The position numbers and the translations under genes are program-made. DNA of 64,000 bases, from the NCBI GenBank assembly GCA_963674735.2, contig CAXXQS010000002.1, positions 1,824,001 through 1,888,000 on the forward strand, given 5' to 3'. Shown in pieces: positions 1-9,239 of this stretch; position 1 is the stretch's first letter; each line of letters opens with the position of its first letter. The notes below the pieces were generated by a model. The model was not told where the DNA came from and did not search any database. It worked only from the letters and a program-made list of their open reading frames with translations. This DNA comes from Myxococcota bacterium. Its GTDB lineage: Bacteria; Myxococcota_A; SURF-8.

Positions 1-140
1 GTAACGGTGGCTCCGTGACCTTTTTGGAAGAACACGGGATCGCCGCCCACGCTGTTGAAGGCGCGCACGGGGGAATTCACGCCGCCGGGCATCAACTGCC
101 GGGCGCGTTCGAACAAGGCTTTCGATCGATCATTTTTCAT
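1..140 (-). CDS. hemL: Glutamate-1-semialdehyde 2,1-aminomutase, 5' part only (runs off the window)
   Basis: Manual translation [38 protein letters not shown] contains the HemL signature [11 protein letters not shown]. It follows hemD and is absent from the ORF track. Confidence 0.93.
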   Translation of the reverse strand, partial: MKNDRSKALFERARQLMPGGVNSPVRAFNSVGGDPVFFQKGHGATV

Positions 141-182
141 GTCGTCTCCCGTTCCGAAAGAAAAGGATATCGGTATCATGGT

Positions 183-935
183 CTATTTCGGTGTGCGGTG
201 CAAGAGTTGCCGCACCGCTTCGCCCAAGGCCTCCGTGTCGGTAGCGCGGGCCAATGTCGGTGTCCATCCAATCTGCCGTAGCGCCTCGGCGGTGGTGGTT
301 CCGATGGCCACTACTCCCACACGCGGCGGGTTGGGGTTGTGTCTGCGGTAGCGCGTGACGGCGCTGGGGCTGGCGAAGACCGCCACATCCACCGATTCGC
401 CGATCGGCGGCACGGGCACCGCGCGGTTTTCATAGACCGTCAGCGGATAGATCAAGTGCCCCGCTTCCGCCAACGCCCGCGACGCCGCATCACGGCTGTT
501 GCTGCCGCGCACAGCCAGGATGCGACTCTTCGGCGACAGCTTGGGCCCTAGTTGCGCCGCCAGCTGTGCGCCCGTGGCCGGGTCGGCAACCTCTGTGACC
601 GGCCAGCCGTAGCGCTCGATTTCGGCCGCCGTGGCCGGACCCACGGCTCCCACCTGCGACGGCGCATCGGGTATACCATGCGACTGCGTGGCCCGCCACG
701 CGAAAAAACCTTTCACGCCATGGCGACTGGCGAACAGGGCCGCGTCGAGGTACTCGGGCAGAGCGGCCGCTTCGTCGAGATCTGGATTGCGCAAACGGAT
801 GTCCAGCGCAGGCGCTTCGAGCACCCGCAGGCCGCTTGTTTCCAGCAAGGTTTTCAACGCGGCGTTGTCTTCCGCCCGGCGCGTCAGAACGACGACGCCT
901 ACAGGCCGAAGGGTTGTGCGATCGCTCCCTGCCAT
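183..935 (-). CDS. hemD: Uroporphyrinogen-III synthase
   Basis: VVLTR start, FAS..GV, AVGPATA, VYEN, FASPSAV and IG.TTA motifs; directly after hemC. Confidence 0.9.
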   Translation of the reverse strand: MAGSDRTTLRPVGVVVLTRRAEDNAALKTLLETSGLRVLEAPALDIRLRNPDLDEAAALPEYLDAALFASRHGVKGFFAWRATQSHGIPDAPSQVGAVGPATAAEIERYGWPVTEVADPATGAQLAAQLGPKLSPKSRILAVRGSNSRDAASRALAEAGHLIYPLTVYENRAVPVPPIGESVDVAVFASPSAVTRYRRHNPNPPRVGVVAIGTTTAEALRQIGWTPTLARATDTEALGEAVRQLLHRTPK

Positions 936-1858
936 GTCGCTTCTTCCTCCTTGCCGTCGAGCACCGCCGCCATACGTGCATAGGCGGCTTCCAGAACATC
1001 CTCGTCGCGGGTCGCTTCGACCATCGTCGCGCGCCAGACGCCTGTGGCGTCTTCGTGACCGAGACGAACGGTGATTTGGTGATCGTCGATGACGGCCCAG
1101 GCCCCGAAGGCCGTGTGACAGCCGCCCTCGAAACGCGCCAGCAGACCGCGTTCGAGGGTCACAGCGCGGAAGCTCGTTTCGTCGTGGAAACCTTGCAACC
1201 GCTCCCGCATGAGGGAATCACCCTCGCGAATTTCGAGACCCAGTACGGCCTGTCCCGCCGCCGGCAGCCACACGCGCGGGTCCAACTCGTAGGCCAGCAA
1301 ACCGTCCAGCGACAAACCGAGGCGGTCGATGCCCGCGCGCGCGATGATGATGGCGTCGTAGTCGCCCCGGCGCAGTTTGTCCAAGCGCGTGGGGACGTTA
1401 CCGCGCAGCATGAGCGGTTCGAGATCGGGGGCGAAGCGGCGCACCAGAGACTGGCGACGCAGGGACGTTGCGCCCAGCTTGCCGCCCGCCTTCACCGGCA
1501 GGGGACGTCCCGGCGCGTGCGCAGCGGGATGCACCAGCAGCAGATCGGCCACCGCCGCGCGTCGGCTGACCGCCCCGAGGGCGAGTCCGGCGGGCAGAGT
1601 GGTGGGCAGATCTTTCAACGAATGCACCGCCAGATCGACGCGTCCGGCCAAGAGCTCGTCTTCGATCTCCTTGGTGAAAAAGCCTTTGTCCGCCTGCCCT
1701 TGCAGCGATTGATCCAAAAAGCGGTCGCCCGCCGTTTTGATGATGATGATATCCGCGCCGCCCGGCAGCGCGGCCGCCACGTGGTCGGCCTGCCAACGGG
1801 CCAGTTGACTGCCGCGCGAGCCGATCACCGGCCGGGGCTGTACCGCCTCATTCGTCAT
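899..1858 (-). CDS. hemC: Hydroxymethylbilane synthase (porphobilinogen deaminase)
   Basis: GSRGSQLARWQA, KGFFTKEIE, DLAVHSLKDLP, TSLRR, RGNVPTRL and EGGC (cofactor Cys). Confidence 0.97.
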   Translation of the reverse strand: MTNEAVQPRPVIGSRGSQLARWQADHVAAALPGGADIIIIKTAGDRFLDQSLQGQADKGFFTKEIEDELLAGRVDLAVHSLKDLPTTLPAGLALGAVSRRAAVADLLLVHPAAHAPGRPLPVKAGGKLGATSLRRQSLVRRFAPDLEPLMLRGNVPTRLDKLRRGDYDAIIIARAGIDRLGLSLDGLLAYELDPRVWLPAAGQAVLGLEIREGDSLMRERLQGFHDETSFRAVTLERGLLARFEGGCHTAFGAWAVIDDHQITVRLGHEDATGVWRATMVEATRDEDVLEAAYARMAAVLDGKEEEATWQGAIAQPFGL

Positions 1859-3071
1859 TGGGTTTCTCCGAGGTCTGATGAATCGAATCGAAAATGGCGT
1901 TGGTGTAATCGCGCACCGCCCCTCGCAGGCGGAAGGTCAGCCGCCGCCGTTGTTCCTCCGTGAGGTTGGGCAGTTCCTCCGCGATGACCGCCGGGATGAT
2001 ATCGTGAATGGTGCGCTCGTGCTGGTCCTGGGCGGCTTGCAAAACCGTGACCAGATCGCGTTCGCGGCAGAAACGTTCGAACTCGTTTAAAAGCCCGTCG
2101 AGGATATCCTCCACCTGGCGCACCTTTTCGATGTCGCGCGCTTTGAGCCAGATGGTGGATTGCAGGCGGTCGAGGTCGGTGAGGGTGACGCCGTCGAGCT
2201 TCCCCACGGCGGATTCCACTTGCAGCGGGATACCCAGATCGACGACTTCCAGCGGATGGTCGCTCGGGCGCGCGGCGATCATGGCGGGAGTGATCAGGGG
2301 CTCGAAAGCGCCGCTGCACACCACCACGGCGTCGGCGCGGGCGAGCAGTTCGGGTAAGCGGTCGAGCGGCTCAATGGCATCGCGGGCGAGCGGATTGATG
2401 CTGCGATTGGCCACCGTCAGCGCCCATTTCGTGCGCACGCGCAGGCTTTGGGCCACCTGCCGTCCGATGGCGCCATAGCCGACGATCAGCACGGCCGCGG
2501 AAGACTGGGGGTCGAGTTTCTGTGACAGGTAACGCACGGCGGCGTCGTGGACGCCGCGCAGACTGAGATCGGCCAGCTGGATGTGCTTGGTGTCGCGCGT
2601 CGCCCGTCCGCAAACGGAGCCCAGTCCGTTCAAGATCACCGAGGAGCGTTTGAATTGGCGAGCCACGTTGAAGGCGCAGTGAACCTGGGTGGCGATCTGC
2701 CGTTCGCCGATGACGAAGGATTCGAGCCCGGCCGTAACGTGCAGCAGATGTCGTGCCGCTGCGGAGCCGACGAAGGTGTAGGGCTCGGGAACCTTTTCCT
2801 GTCCGCTGCGTTCCTGCAGAATACGGATCATCTGGGCGCGTAGAATCTGGGCGGTCCAGTCGGGGGTCTCGGTGGAGGCGATCCACTCGTTGCGGTTGCA
2901 GGTGTTGAGCACCGCCAGCCCGTTGAGCATGCCGCCTTGGTCCAGACGCCGGGCCAGTTCTTCCTGCTCGTCCGTTTTGAGGATCAACCGGGCGCGCCAG
3001 CCCGCCGAGGCGCGGCGAAAATCGTAGCCCACCACGGCCAGGGGAATGTTAATCTGTCCGTTCGTCGCCAT
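1848..3071 (-). CDS. hemA: Glutamyl-tRNA reductase
   Basis: TCNR catalytic motif, GLES..IGE.QI, GYGAIG NADPH motif, DLGIP. Confidence 0.93.
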   Translation of the reverse strand: MATNGQINIPLAVVGYDFRRASAGWRARLILKTDEQEELARRLDQGGMLNGLAVLNTCNRNEWIASTETPDWTAQILRAQMIRILQERSGQEKVPEPYTFVGSAAARHLLHVTAGLESFVIGERQIATQVHCAFNVARQFKRSSVILNGLGSVCGRATRDTKHIQLADLSLRGVHDAAVRYLSQKLDPQSSAAVLIVGYGAIGRQVAQSLRVRTKWALTVANRSINPLARDAIEPLDRLPELLARADAVVVCSGAFEPLITPAMIAARPSDHPLEVVDLGIPLQVESAVGKLDGVTLTDLDRLQSTIWLKARDIEKVRQVEDILDGLLNEFERFCRERDLVTVLQAAQDQHERTIHDIIPAVIAEELPNLTEEQRRRLTFRLRGAVRDYTNAIFDSIHQTSEKPNDE

Positions 3072-3073
3072 GG

Positions 3074-4447
3074 CTATCGGTCCCGATCCGCCGCCGCCAG
3101 GTCGGCCAGAACCATGTCGGCCGCCTGCCGTCCGCTTTCGGCGGAGTCGTTCATACCGACGCCCGACAGGTAGTTGCCCGCCAGAACCAGCGCGCCCAAT
3201 TCGGCGGTTCGTTCCTTCAGTTGTGCGATGCGGTTGAGGTGGCCGGGCACCATCTGCGGAATCGCTTCGGCGTGGCGCAAAACGCGGGTGAAAACCGGTG
3301 TCATGCGCCGCCCTAGAATGGCTTCCGTGTCGGTGAGCGCCGCTTCGATCAGGGCCGCGTCATCGAGGCTGAGGGCGTCGGCGTCGAGCACCCCGCCGAT
3401 GTAAAAAGACAGCAACTCGTGGCCGTCGGGGGCGCGTTCGGGGTAGAGCTTGGACATGAAGATGCAGCCCAGGCTGCGGATGTTTTGTCCGCGCGGTACG
3501 AGGAAGCCGAAGCCGTCGGGGACGGCCGTCGCATCGTCGCCGCCAATCCCCAGGTGCACCACCGCCATGGGCGCCATTTCGACTTGCCTGAGCAGCGTTG
3601 CCATTTCGGCCGAAACCGGATCGATCAACGCCGCCGCTTCACCGGGCGGGATGGCCAGCACCACCGAACGCGCGTGGTATTCGGCCACGTCGGTGCGGAT
3701 GAACCAGTGGTCGTCGAGACGTTTCAGGTGTCGCACCGGTTCGTCGGTCTGCACGGCGGTGCCCAGATCCTTCGCCAGGCGGTCGGTGAGCACCACCATG
3801 CCGCCGCGAAAACTGAACAGCCCGCGCCGCTTGGGACGATCGGGGCGAGCCTTGCGCTTGGCTTTCATGTAGCGTCGCGCTCCGCGGATCATGCTTCCGG
3901 CGTCGCGTTCCCAGCGCCACATTTTCGGAAAGGCGTCGCGTGCGCCCAGGCGTTCCGGGTCGCCGCCGTAGATGCCCGAAACGAAGGGACCGATCACCCA
4001 CTTCGTCGCTTCGTCTCCCAAGCGGCGGCGGAAGAAGTCGGCTGCGCTTTCCTGCTCGCGCGCTCCGCCCGGAATCAGCGGCTCGGCCATGAGACGCAGC
4101 TTGGCTCCCATGCTGAGCAGGCCGGTGGTAACGAAAGAACCGGGACTCATGGGCAGGGGATTCAAGCGCCCGTTGCGCCAGATGTAACGCGCCTGACTGA
4201 CGGGTGCGGCCGCGACCACGTGGTCGTTCATTTTGAGGTCGTCCACCAGATCCCACACCGCGTCGGCGCTGGGGATGAAGCTGTGCGGGCCCATGTCGTA
4301 GGTGTAGCCGTCTTCGCTCACCGCGCGCAGATTGCCGCCCGGCTGTGCGTAGGCTTCCAACACCAGAACGTCCAGCCCTTCGCGTTTGAGTTGCCAGGCG
4401 CAGGACAATCCCGAGATGCCTCCGCCGATAACCAGAACGTCTTTCAT
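3074..4447 (-). CDS. hemY: HemY-family FAD-dependent protoporphyrinogen/coproporphyrinogen oxidase
   Basis: Start reassigned to MKDVLVIGGGISGL (ATG at 4447, GGAG upstream, overlapping the hemH stop). GPHSF, GIYGGDP, GFGFLVP and AGNYLSGVG motifs. Confidence 0.92.
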   Translation of the reverse strand: MKDVLVIGGGISGLSCAWQLKREGLDVLVLEAYAQPGGNLRAVSEDGYTYDMGPHSFIPSADAVWDLVDDLKMNDHVVAAAPVSQARYIWRNGRLNPLPMSPGSFVTTGLLSMGAKLRLMAEPLIPGGAREQESAADFFRRRLGDEATKWVIGPFVSGIYGGDPERLGARDAFPKMWRWERDAGSMIRGARRYMKAKRKARPDRPKRRGLFSFRGGMVVLTDRLAKDLGTAVQTDEPVRHLKRLDDHWFIRTDVAEYHARSVVLAIPPGEAAALIDPVSAEMATLLRQVEMAPMAVVHLGIGGDDATAVPDGFGFLVPRGQNIRSLGCIFMSKLYPERAPDGHELLSFYIGGVLDADALSLDDAALIEAALTDTEAILGRRMTPVFTRVLRHAEAIPQMVPGHLNRIAQLKERTAELGALVLAGNYLSGVGMNDSAESGRQAADMVLADLAAADRDR

Positions 4448-5430
4448 TCCACCCCCTCCTGTTGTATCTCCCGCAGGCTTCGGCGCAGCCGTTCCGCCAG
4501 CCCGTCGATGAAAAGCGGGTCGGTTTGCACGGTGGGAATGCGCTCGAAGCGCCGGATCCCCGCCTTTTCGGCCAGGGTGCGCAGTTCGATATCGAGTTCG
4601 TAAAGGGTTTCGATGTGCTCGCTGACGAAACTGACCGGAACCAGCACGATGTCTTTGACGCCCTTGGCGCCCAGTGCGGCGACGGTCTCGTCGAGATAGG
4701 GTTTCATCCAGGTAACCGGTCCCAGGCGGCTTTGAAAGGCCAGCGTCCAATCGATCCCTTCGGGCAGGCGTTGGCGGATGGCCGCCACGGTGGCGTCTAC
4801 CTGCTTGGGGTAGGGGTCGCCCTTGTTCACCATGCGCTGGGGCAGGCCGTGGGCCGAAAACAGCAGCGTGGGGTGGTCGAGATAGGGTAGACGCGCATCG
4901 ATCTGACGCGCCATGGCCTCGGCGAAGCCGTCGAGATCCGCGAAGCCGTCGATGGGCTTGACCTGCAGCCCGGCCGCCTCGGCTTCCTGCGTGAAGCTTT
5001 GCAGCGCCGCCCGGCTGGTTGCGCCGCAGGCCTGCGGATAGAGCGGCAAGGCGAAGACATGCGTAACGCCTTTCGCCTGCAACTCGCCGATGGCTTGAGC
5101 GGCGCGCGGGGCGGAGTAACTCATGGCGAGCGTCACCGGCCAGCCTTTGTCGGCCAATGCCGCCTCCAGCGCTCGGGCCTGATCCTCGGTTTGGGGCACC
5201 TGCGGCGAGCCGCCGCCGATTTCGCGATAATGCGGGGCCACTTTGGGAGCGCGTTTGCGGGCGATGCGTCGCGCCAGGGCCCGGCGGACAAAGCCGATGG
5301 GGATGCCCGTCACCGCCGGATCGGACAGCAACTCGGTTAAAAAAGGTTCGATGTCGTCCAGACTGCGCGGACCCCCCATGTTGAGCAGCACCACGCCCCA
5401 GTTCGTTTCCGTCTCCGGCGCTGTTTTCAC
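4444..5430 (-). CDS. hemH: Ferrochelatase
   Basis: LLNMGGP, IGGGSP, LYPQ, LFSAHGLP, GDPY, FQSR.GP..W and FVSEHIETLYELDIE. Confidence 0.97.
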   Translation of the reverse strand: MKTAPETETNWGVVLLNMGGPRSLDDIEPFLTELLSDPAVTGIPIGFVRRALARRIARKRAPKVAPHYREIGGGSPQVPQTEDQARALEAALADKGWPVTLAMSYSAPRAAQAIGELQAKGVTHVFALPLYPQACGATSRAALQSFTQEAEAAGLQVKPIDGFADLDGFAEAMARQIDARLPYLDHPTLLFSAHGLPQRMVNKGDPYPKQVDATVAAIRQRLPEGIDWTLAFQSRLGPVTWMKPYLDETVAALGAKGVKDIVLVPVSFVSEHIETLYELDIELRTLAEKAGIRRFERIPTVQTDPLFIDGLAERLRRSLREIQQEGVE

Positions 5431-5441
5431 CCTTGCCTCCT

Positions 5442-6845
5442 TCAGACCGTTTGGCTATAGCGCCGTTGTGCGAGGTCGCGCTCCAGGTAGCGGTCGAAAA
5501 CCATGCAGATATTCCGAATGAACGCGCGTCCCAGCGGCGAGACCGTCAGCCGCCGATCCCGGATCTCCAACAGGCCGTCGTCCACGAAAGGGGTCAGGCG
5601 CTGAAGCTCGTCGGCGAACACCGCCTGTGGATCGAGGGCCCAGCGTTGCCCGAAGGCGGCCAGATCCAGGGTGAAGTTGCAGAACAGGTCGATGATGAGC
5701 GCGCGCCGCATGGCGTCGTCGTCGCTGAGCAGAAACCCGCGCTCCAGGGGCCGTTGCCCGTTTTTCAGGGATTCGGCATAGGCGTCGAAATTTTTTTCGT
5801 TCTGAGCGTAGCTGCGCGCCACCGACGAGATGGCCGAGACGCCGAAGCCTACCAGGTCGAGCCCGCGCCGGGTGGTGTAGCCCATGAAGTTGCGATGCAG
5901 CGTGCCGTCGAGCAGGGCTTTCGTCATTTCGTCCTCGGGACGCGCGAAGTGATCCATGCCCACGGGGACGTAACCGGCCTCGGTGAAGGCGTCGTAGGCT
6001 TCGCCGAACAGGGCCAGCTTTTGTTCGGGCCCGGGCAGGTCGGGGCGCTCCAGGATCTTCTGATGCCCTTTCATCCAGGGAACATGGGCGTAGCTGTAGA
6101 GCGCGATGCGCGAGGGAGCGATGGCGATGCAGCGGGCGGCGGTGTCGCGCATACTTTCGGGCGACTGGCCCGGCAGGCCGTAGATGAGGTCGAAGTTGAT
6201 GGCGTCGTGTCCGGCCGCTCGCAGGCGCTCGACCAGGTCGAGGGTCTGGGCGTGGCTCTGGCGACGATGCACGATTTCCAGCACCCGTTCGTTGAAATCC
6301 TGCACGCCCATGGAAAAGCGGTTGAAGCCGTGGGCCACCAGGACGTCCACGTGTTCGGGGACGACCGTGCGCGGGTCGATTTCGATAGCCAGTTCCGCCG
6401 TCGGGCTCGGGCGGTAGAGGGCGAAGAGCCGCGTCAACAGGCGGTCGAGGCGCTCGGGGCTGAGGAACGTCGGTGTGCCGCCGCCCATGGAGAGCTGCTC
6501 CAGCGGGCGGGCGGGATCGATCAGCCCGGCGGTAATGTCGAACTCGCGCGCCAGGTCGTCCAGGTAGGCGTCGGCGGCTTCGGGTTTGGAGGCGATGTGC
6601 GTGAAACAACCGCAGAAAAAACAGCGTTCGCGGCAGAACGGAATATGCAGGTAGACGCTGATCGGCTCGCCGTCGGTGTTCCCGGCTTTCCAGCGCGCCT
6701 CCAACTCGGCGCGATCCACCTCGGGGGTGAAATGCGGCGCGGTGGGGTAGCTGGTGTAGCGCGGACCGGCGGTGGCGTAGCGGGCGGCCAGCTCGGGCGG
6801 CACGCGGGCCGGATTGGGCGGAACGGGGAAGGGGCTGTGCGACAT
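5442..6845 (-). CDS. hemN: Oxygen-independent coproporphyrinogen III dehydrogenase (radical SAM)
   Basis: GPRYTSYPTA, YLHIPFC...C.FCGC, GGGTPT, DLIYGLP and RNFMGYT. Confidence 0.97.
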   Translation of the reverse strand: MSHSPFPVPPNPARVPPELAARYATAGPRYTSYPTAPHFTPEVDRAELEARWKAGNTDGEPISVYLHIPFCRERCFFCGCFTHIASKPEAADAYLDDLAREFDITAGLIDPARPLEQLSMGGGTPTFLSPERLDRLLTRLFALYRPSPTAELAIEIDPRTVVPEHVDVLVAHGFNRFSMGVQDFNERVLEIVHRRQSHAQTLDLVERLRAAGHDAINFDLIYGLPGQSPESMRDTAARCIAIAPSRIALYSYAHVPWMKGHQKILERPDLPGPEQKLALFGEAYDAFTEAGYVPVGMDHFARPEDEMTKALLDGTLHRNFMGYTTRRGLDLVGFGVSAISSVARSYAQNEKNFDAYAESLKNGQRPLERGFLLSDDDAMRRALIIDLFCNFTLDLAAFGQRWALDPQAVFADELQRLTPFVDDGLLEIRDRRLTVSPLGRAFIRNICMVFDRYLERDLAQRRYSQTV

Positions 6846-6846
6846 C

Positions 6847-7878
6847 TCACTCTCCCAAGCGCGTGACTTCGTCCACGAACACGCGCACGCCCTCGATGGG
6901 GGTGTCGGGCAGAACGCCGTGGCCGAGGTTGAAGATATGGCCGCGCCCGCCGCGCATTTCGGCGTGCAGTTCGCGCACGCGCCGCCGGATGTAGGCTTCG
7001 GAGCCGGTCAGTTCCAGCGGATCGAGATTGCCTTGCAGGGGGACGGCGTCGTTCGTGCGTCGTCGCGCATCGGCCAGGCTGACGCGCCAATCCACGCTCA
7101 GGACATCCGCCCCGCTTGTCGTCATGTCTTCCAAAAGGCCGCCCACGCCGTTGACGTAATAGATGACCGGCACGCCGCTGGGTTTGAGGTTTTCGACGAT
7201 GCGCGCCACGGCGGGTAGGGCGAAGCGGCGGAAGTCGGCCGGGGACAACTCGCCTGCCCAGGTGTCGAACAGCTGCAGCGCGTCGGCTCCGTGTTCGATC
7301 TGCATGCGCAGATAGCCTGTGACGGTGTCGACCAGACGATCGAGCAGGCTTTGCAGGAATTCCGGTTCCTGGGCGGCCAGACGTTTGATGCCACGGAAGC
7401 GCTTTTCGCCGCCCCCGCCCTCGACCATATAGGTGGCCAGGGTGTAGGGCGCACCGGCAAAGCCGATGAGCGCCATATCGGGACCGATGCCGTCGCGGAT
7501 GGCGTCGAGCGCCTCACCTACATAGCCCAGTTCCCGTGTAATGTCGGGTTCATGCAGGTGCTGCAGGGCGGCTTGCGAGTCGATCAGTGGCGCAAGCGTG
7601 GGTCCGCCGTCGGGGTAGTCGACGGTGATCCCCATGGCTTCCGGCACCACCAGGATATCGGAAAACAGGATGGCGGCATCGAGCGGGAAGCGGCGCAGCG
7701 GTTGCAGGGCCACTTCGCGCGCCAGCTCCGCCTTGTGGCAGACGTCCAGAAAGGAATGTCGGCTGCGTAACTCCAGGTATTCAGGCAGGTAGCGTCCGGC
7801 CTGGCGCATCACCCATACCGGCGGGCGGTCCACCGCTTCACCTCGGCAGGCGGCGCAAAATCGTTCACGTCGGTTCAT
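6847..7878 (-). CDS. hemE: Uroporphyrinogen decarboxylase
   Basis: PVWVMRQAGRYLPEY, AAILFSDIL, GFAGAPYT, QGNLDP and FNLGHG. Start set at MNRRERF. Confidence 0.97.
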   Translation of the reverse strand: MNRRERFCAACRGEAVDRPPVWVMRQAGRYLPEYLELRSRHSFLDVCHKAELAREVALQPLRRFPLDAAILFSDILVVPEAMGITVDYPDGGPTLAPLIDSQAALQHLHEPDITRELGYVGEALDAIRDGIGPDMALIGFAGAPYTLATYMVEGGGGEKRFRGIKRLAAQEPEFLQSLLDRLVDTVTGYLRMQIEHGADALQLFDTWAGELSPADFRRFALPAVARIVENLKPSGVPVIYYVNGVGGLLEDMTTSGADVLSVDWRVSLADARRRTNDAVPLQGNLDPLELTGSEAYIRRRVRELHAEMRGGRGHIFNLGHGVLPDTPIEGVRVFVDEVTRLGE

Positions 7879-8009
7879 GCATACCTTCTCTCTCCCCCAA
7901 GCCTGTCCCAAAACAGGATTATAGCGAAATTCCGCGACGATATGTCACGGTTTTGTCATGAACTTGAAATGATGGTTAGTTGGTGAAAATATCCTATTAT
8001 TTCAATGTC

Positions 8010-9203
8010 TTATTCCGTTGTCCCCGTTCCCTCCAAGCCGACTTCCAGGCGCGGTTGCAGCGGATCGTCGGTTTCCAGGATCAAATCTTCGCTGAAATAC
8101 TCGGCGGCGGTGGGGGTGAAACGGACGCTCAGAGCGAGATTTTCCGAGGGCGCGAGGACGACCGGCCAGTTCCAATCCACCAACGAGAAGGGGCCGTCCA
8201 CCGCCACCTCGGCGCTCAAACCGCTGAGGCTGCCACTGCTGGCGATGTTGGTGAAGTTGAGCGATAGATCGCGACTCGTACCCAGTTCCACCTCGCCGAA
8301 ATCGAGGGCGTCGGGATTGACGGAGGCTTGCCCGCCTTCACTGCCGCGTCCGTAGAGCGCGATGGTCCATTGCGGTTGGTCGGGATCGTTGGAGACGAGG
8401 CGTGCCTCGCCGCTGTACAACTCGGCCGCGCCGGGGTTGAAATTGATAATGACGGTGGTGTTTCCGTCCGGCGGAACCTGCGTGGCGGCGAAGGCTTCTT
8501 CCAGGAAGAACGCGTTCGCGGAAAGCGTGATATCCAGGGATTCCAGATCGAGATTGGTGGTGCCGGTATTGCCGATCACGAGTTGGACCTGCCCCGTTTG
8601 TCCCACGCGCACCACCTCGAAATCCAGTTCGTCGGGGGCGTTGAGTTCCGGGCGGCCCAGGTTCGGTTCCTGACACGGCAGGCCGGGGCCGTAGATGCCG
8701 AACGTCGAGATTAAGGTCGTGAGCACGTCGTCGACTTCATTGACCTGCGAATCCAGATAACTCCAGGGAGAGGCGCCGTCGGAGGGGGTCCACGCCTGCA
8801 TGCGGCTTTCGTCGCGCAGTCCGCTGCAGGTCGCTTCCAGATCGTCGGTCAGCAGCACCAGCGCCGCATCCATGGAATAGGGCAGGCGCAGTTCGGCGGG
8901 CTTGGCCAGGGTGGTTCCGGCGGGCAGCAGTTCGATGAAAAACGCGGCAGGCAGAACGGTTTCGTATTGCGTCCCACTGGGTCCGTCCACGGTGGCGATG
9001 CGGATGGTCAGTTCGGTCGCCAGCGCACCGGCGGGAATGGACAGGCTTTCGCCGTTGGGGCCGTCCACCACGCCTCCGGCCGGTCCGATAAGACCGGCAG
9101 GCGTTTCGTCGTCGCCATCCGACCCGCAGCCGAACAGCGTGATTCCCATCACGAACAACAGGGCCATTAACCGGTAACGGCTTGCCAGGTTCGATCGTTT
9201 CAT
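8010..9203 (-). CDS. Lipoprotein with a ZU5-like domain and two ASH/choice-of-anchor-D Ig-like domains
   Basis: Lipobox LFGC; IGPAGG...LSIPAGAL (ZU5-like); two repeats of LDF..V..G.......L...N...(S/T)(N/D)DP.QP......G.G. Confidence 0.65.
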   Translation of the reverse strand: MKRSNLASRYRLMALLFVMGITLFGCGSDGDDETPAGLIGPAGGVVDGPNGESLSIPAGALATELTIRIATVDGPSGTQYETVLPAAFFIELLPAGTTLAKPAELRLPYSMDAALVLLTDDLEATCSGLRDESRMQAWTPSDGASPWSYLDSQVNEVDDVLTTLISTFGIYGPGLPCQEPNLGRPELNAPDELDFEVVRVGQTGQVQLVIGNTGTTNLDLESLDITLSANAFFLEEAFAATQVPPDGNTTVIINFNPGAAELYSGEARLVSNDPDQPQWTIALYGRGSEGGQASVNPDALDFGEVELGTSRDLSLNFTNIASSGSLSGLSAEVAVDGPFSLVDWNWPVVLAPSENLALSVRFTPTAAEYFSEDLILETDDPLQPRLEVGLEGTGTTE

Positions 9204-9239
9204 CGTGCACCTCGTCGGGCGGTCGAATCCGCCGGTTGG

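Noticed and set aside
4448-4750. Apparent 100-aa N-terminal extension of HemY in the ORF track
   Set aside because: It overlaps hemH in another frame. The real start is the ATG at 4447, which has an RBS and is followed immediately by the FAD-binding motif.
5433-6866. 477-aa plus-strand ORF
   Set aside because: Antisense shadow of hemN.
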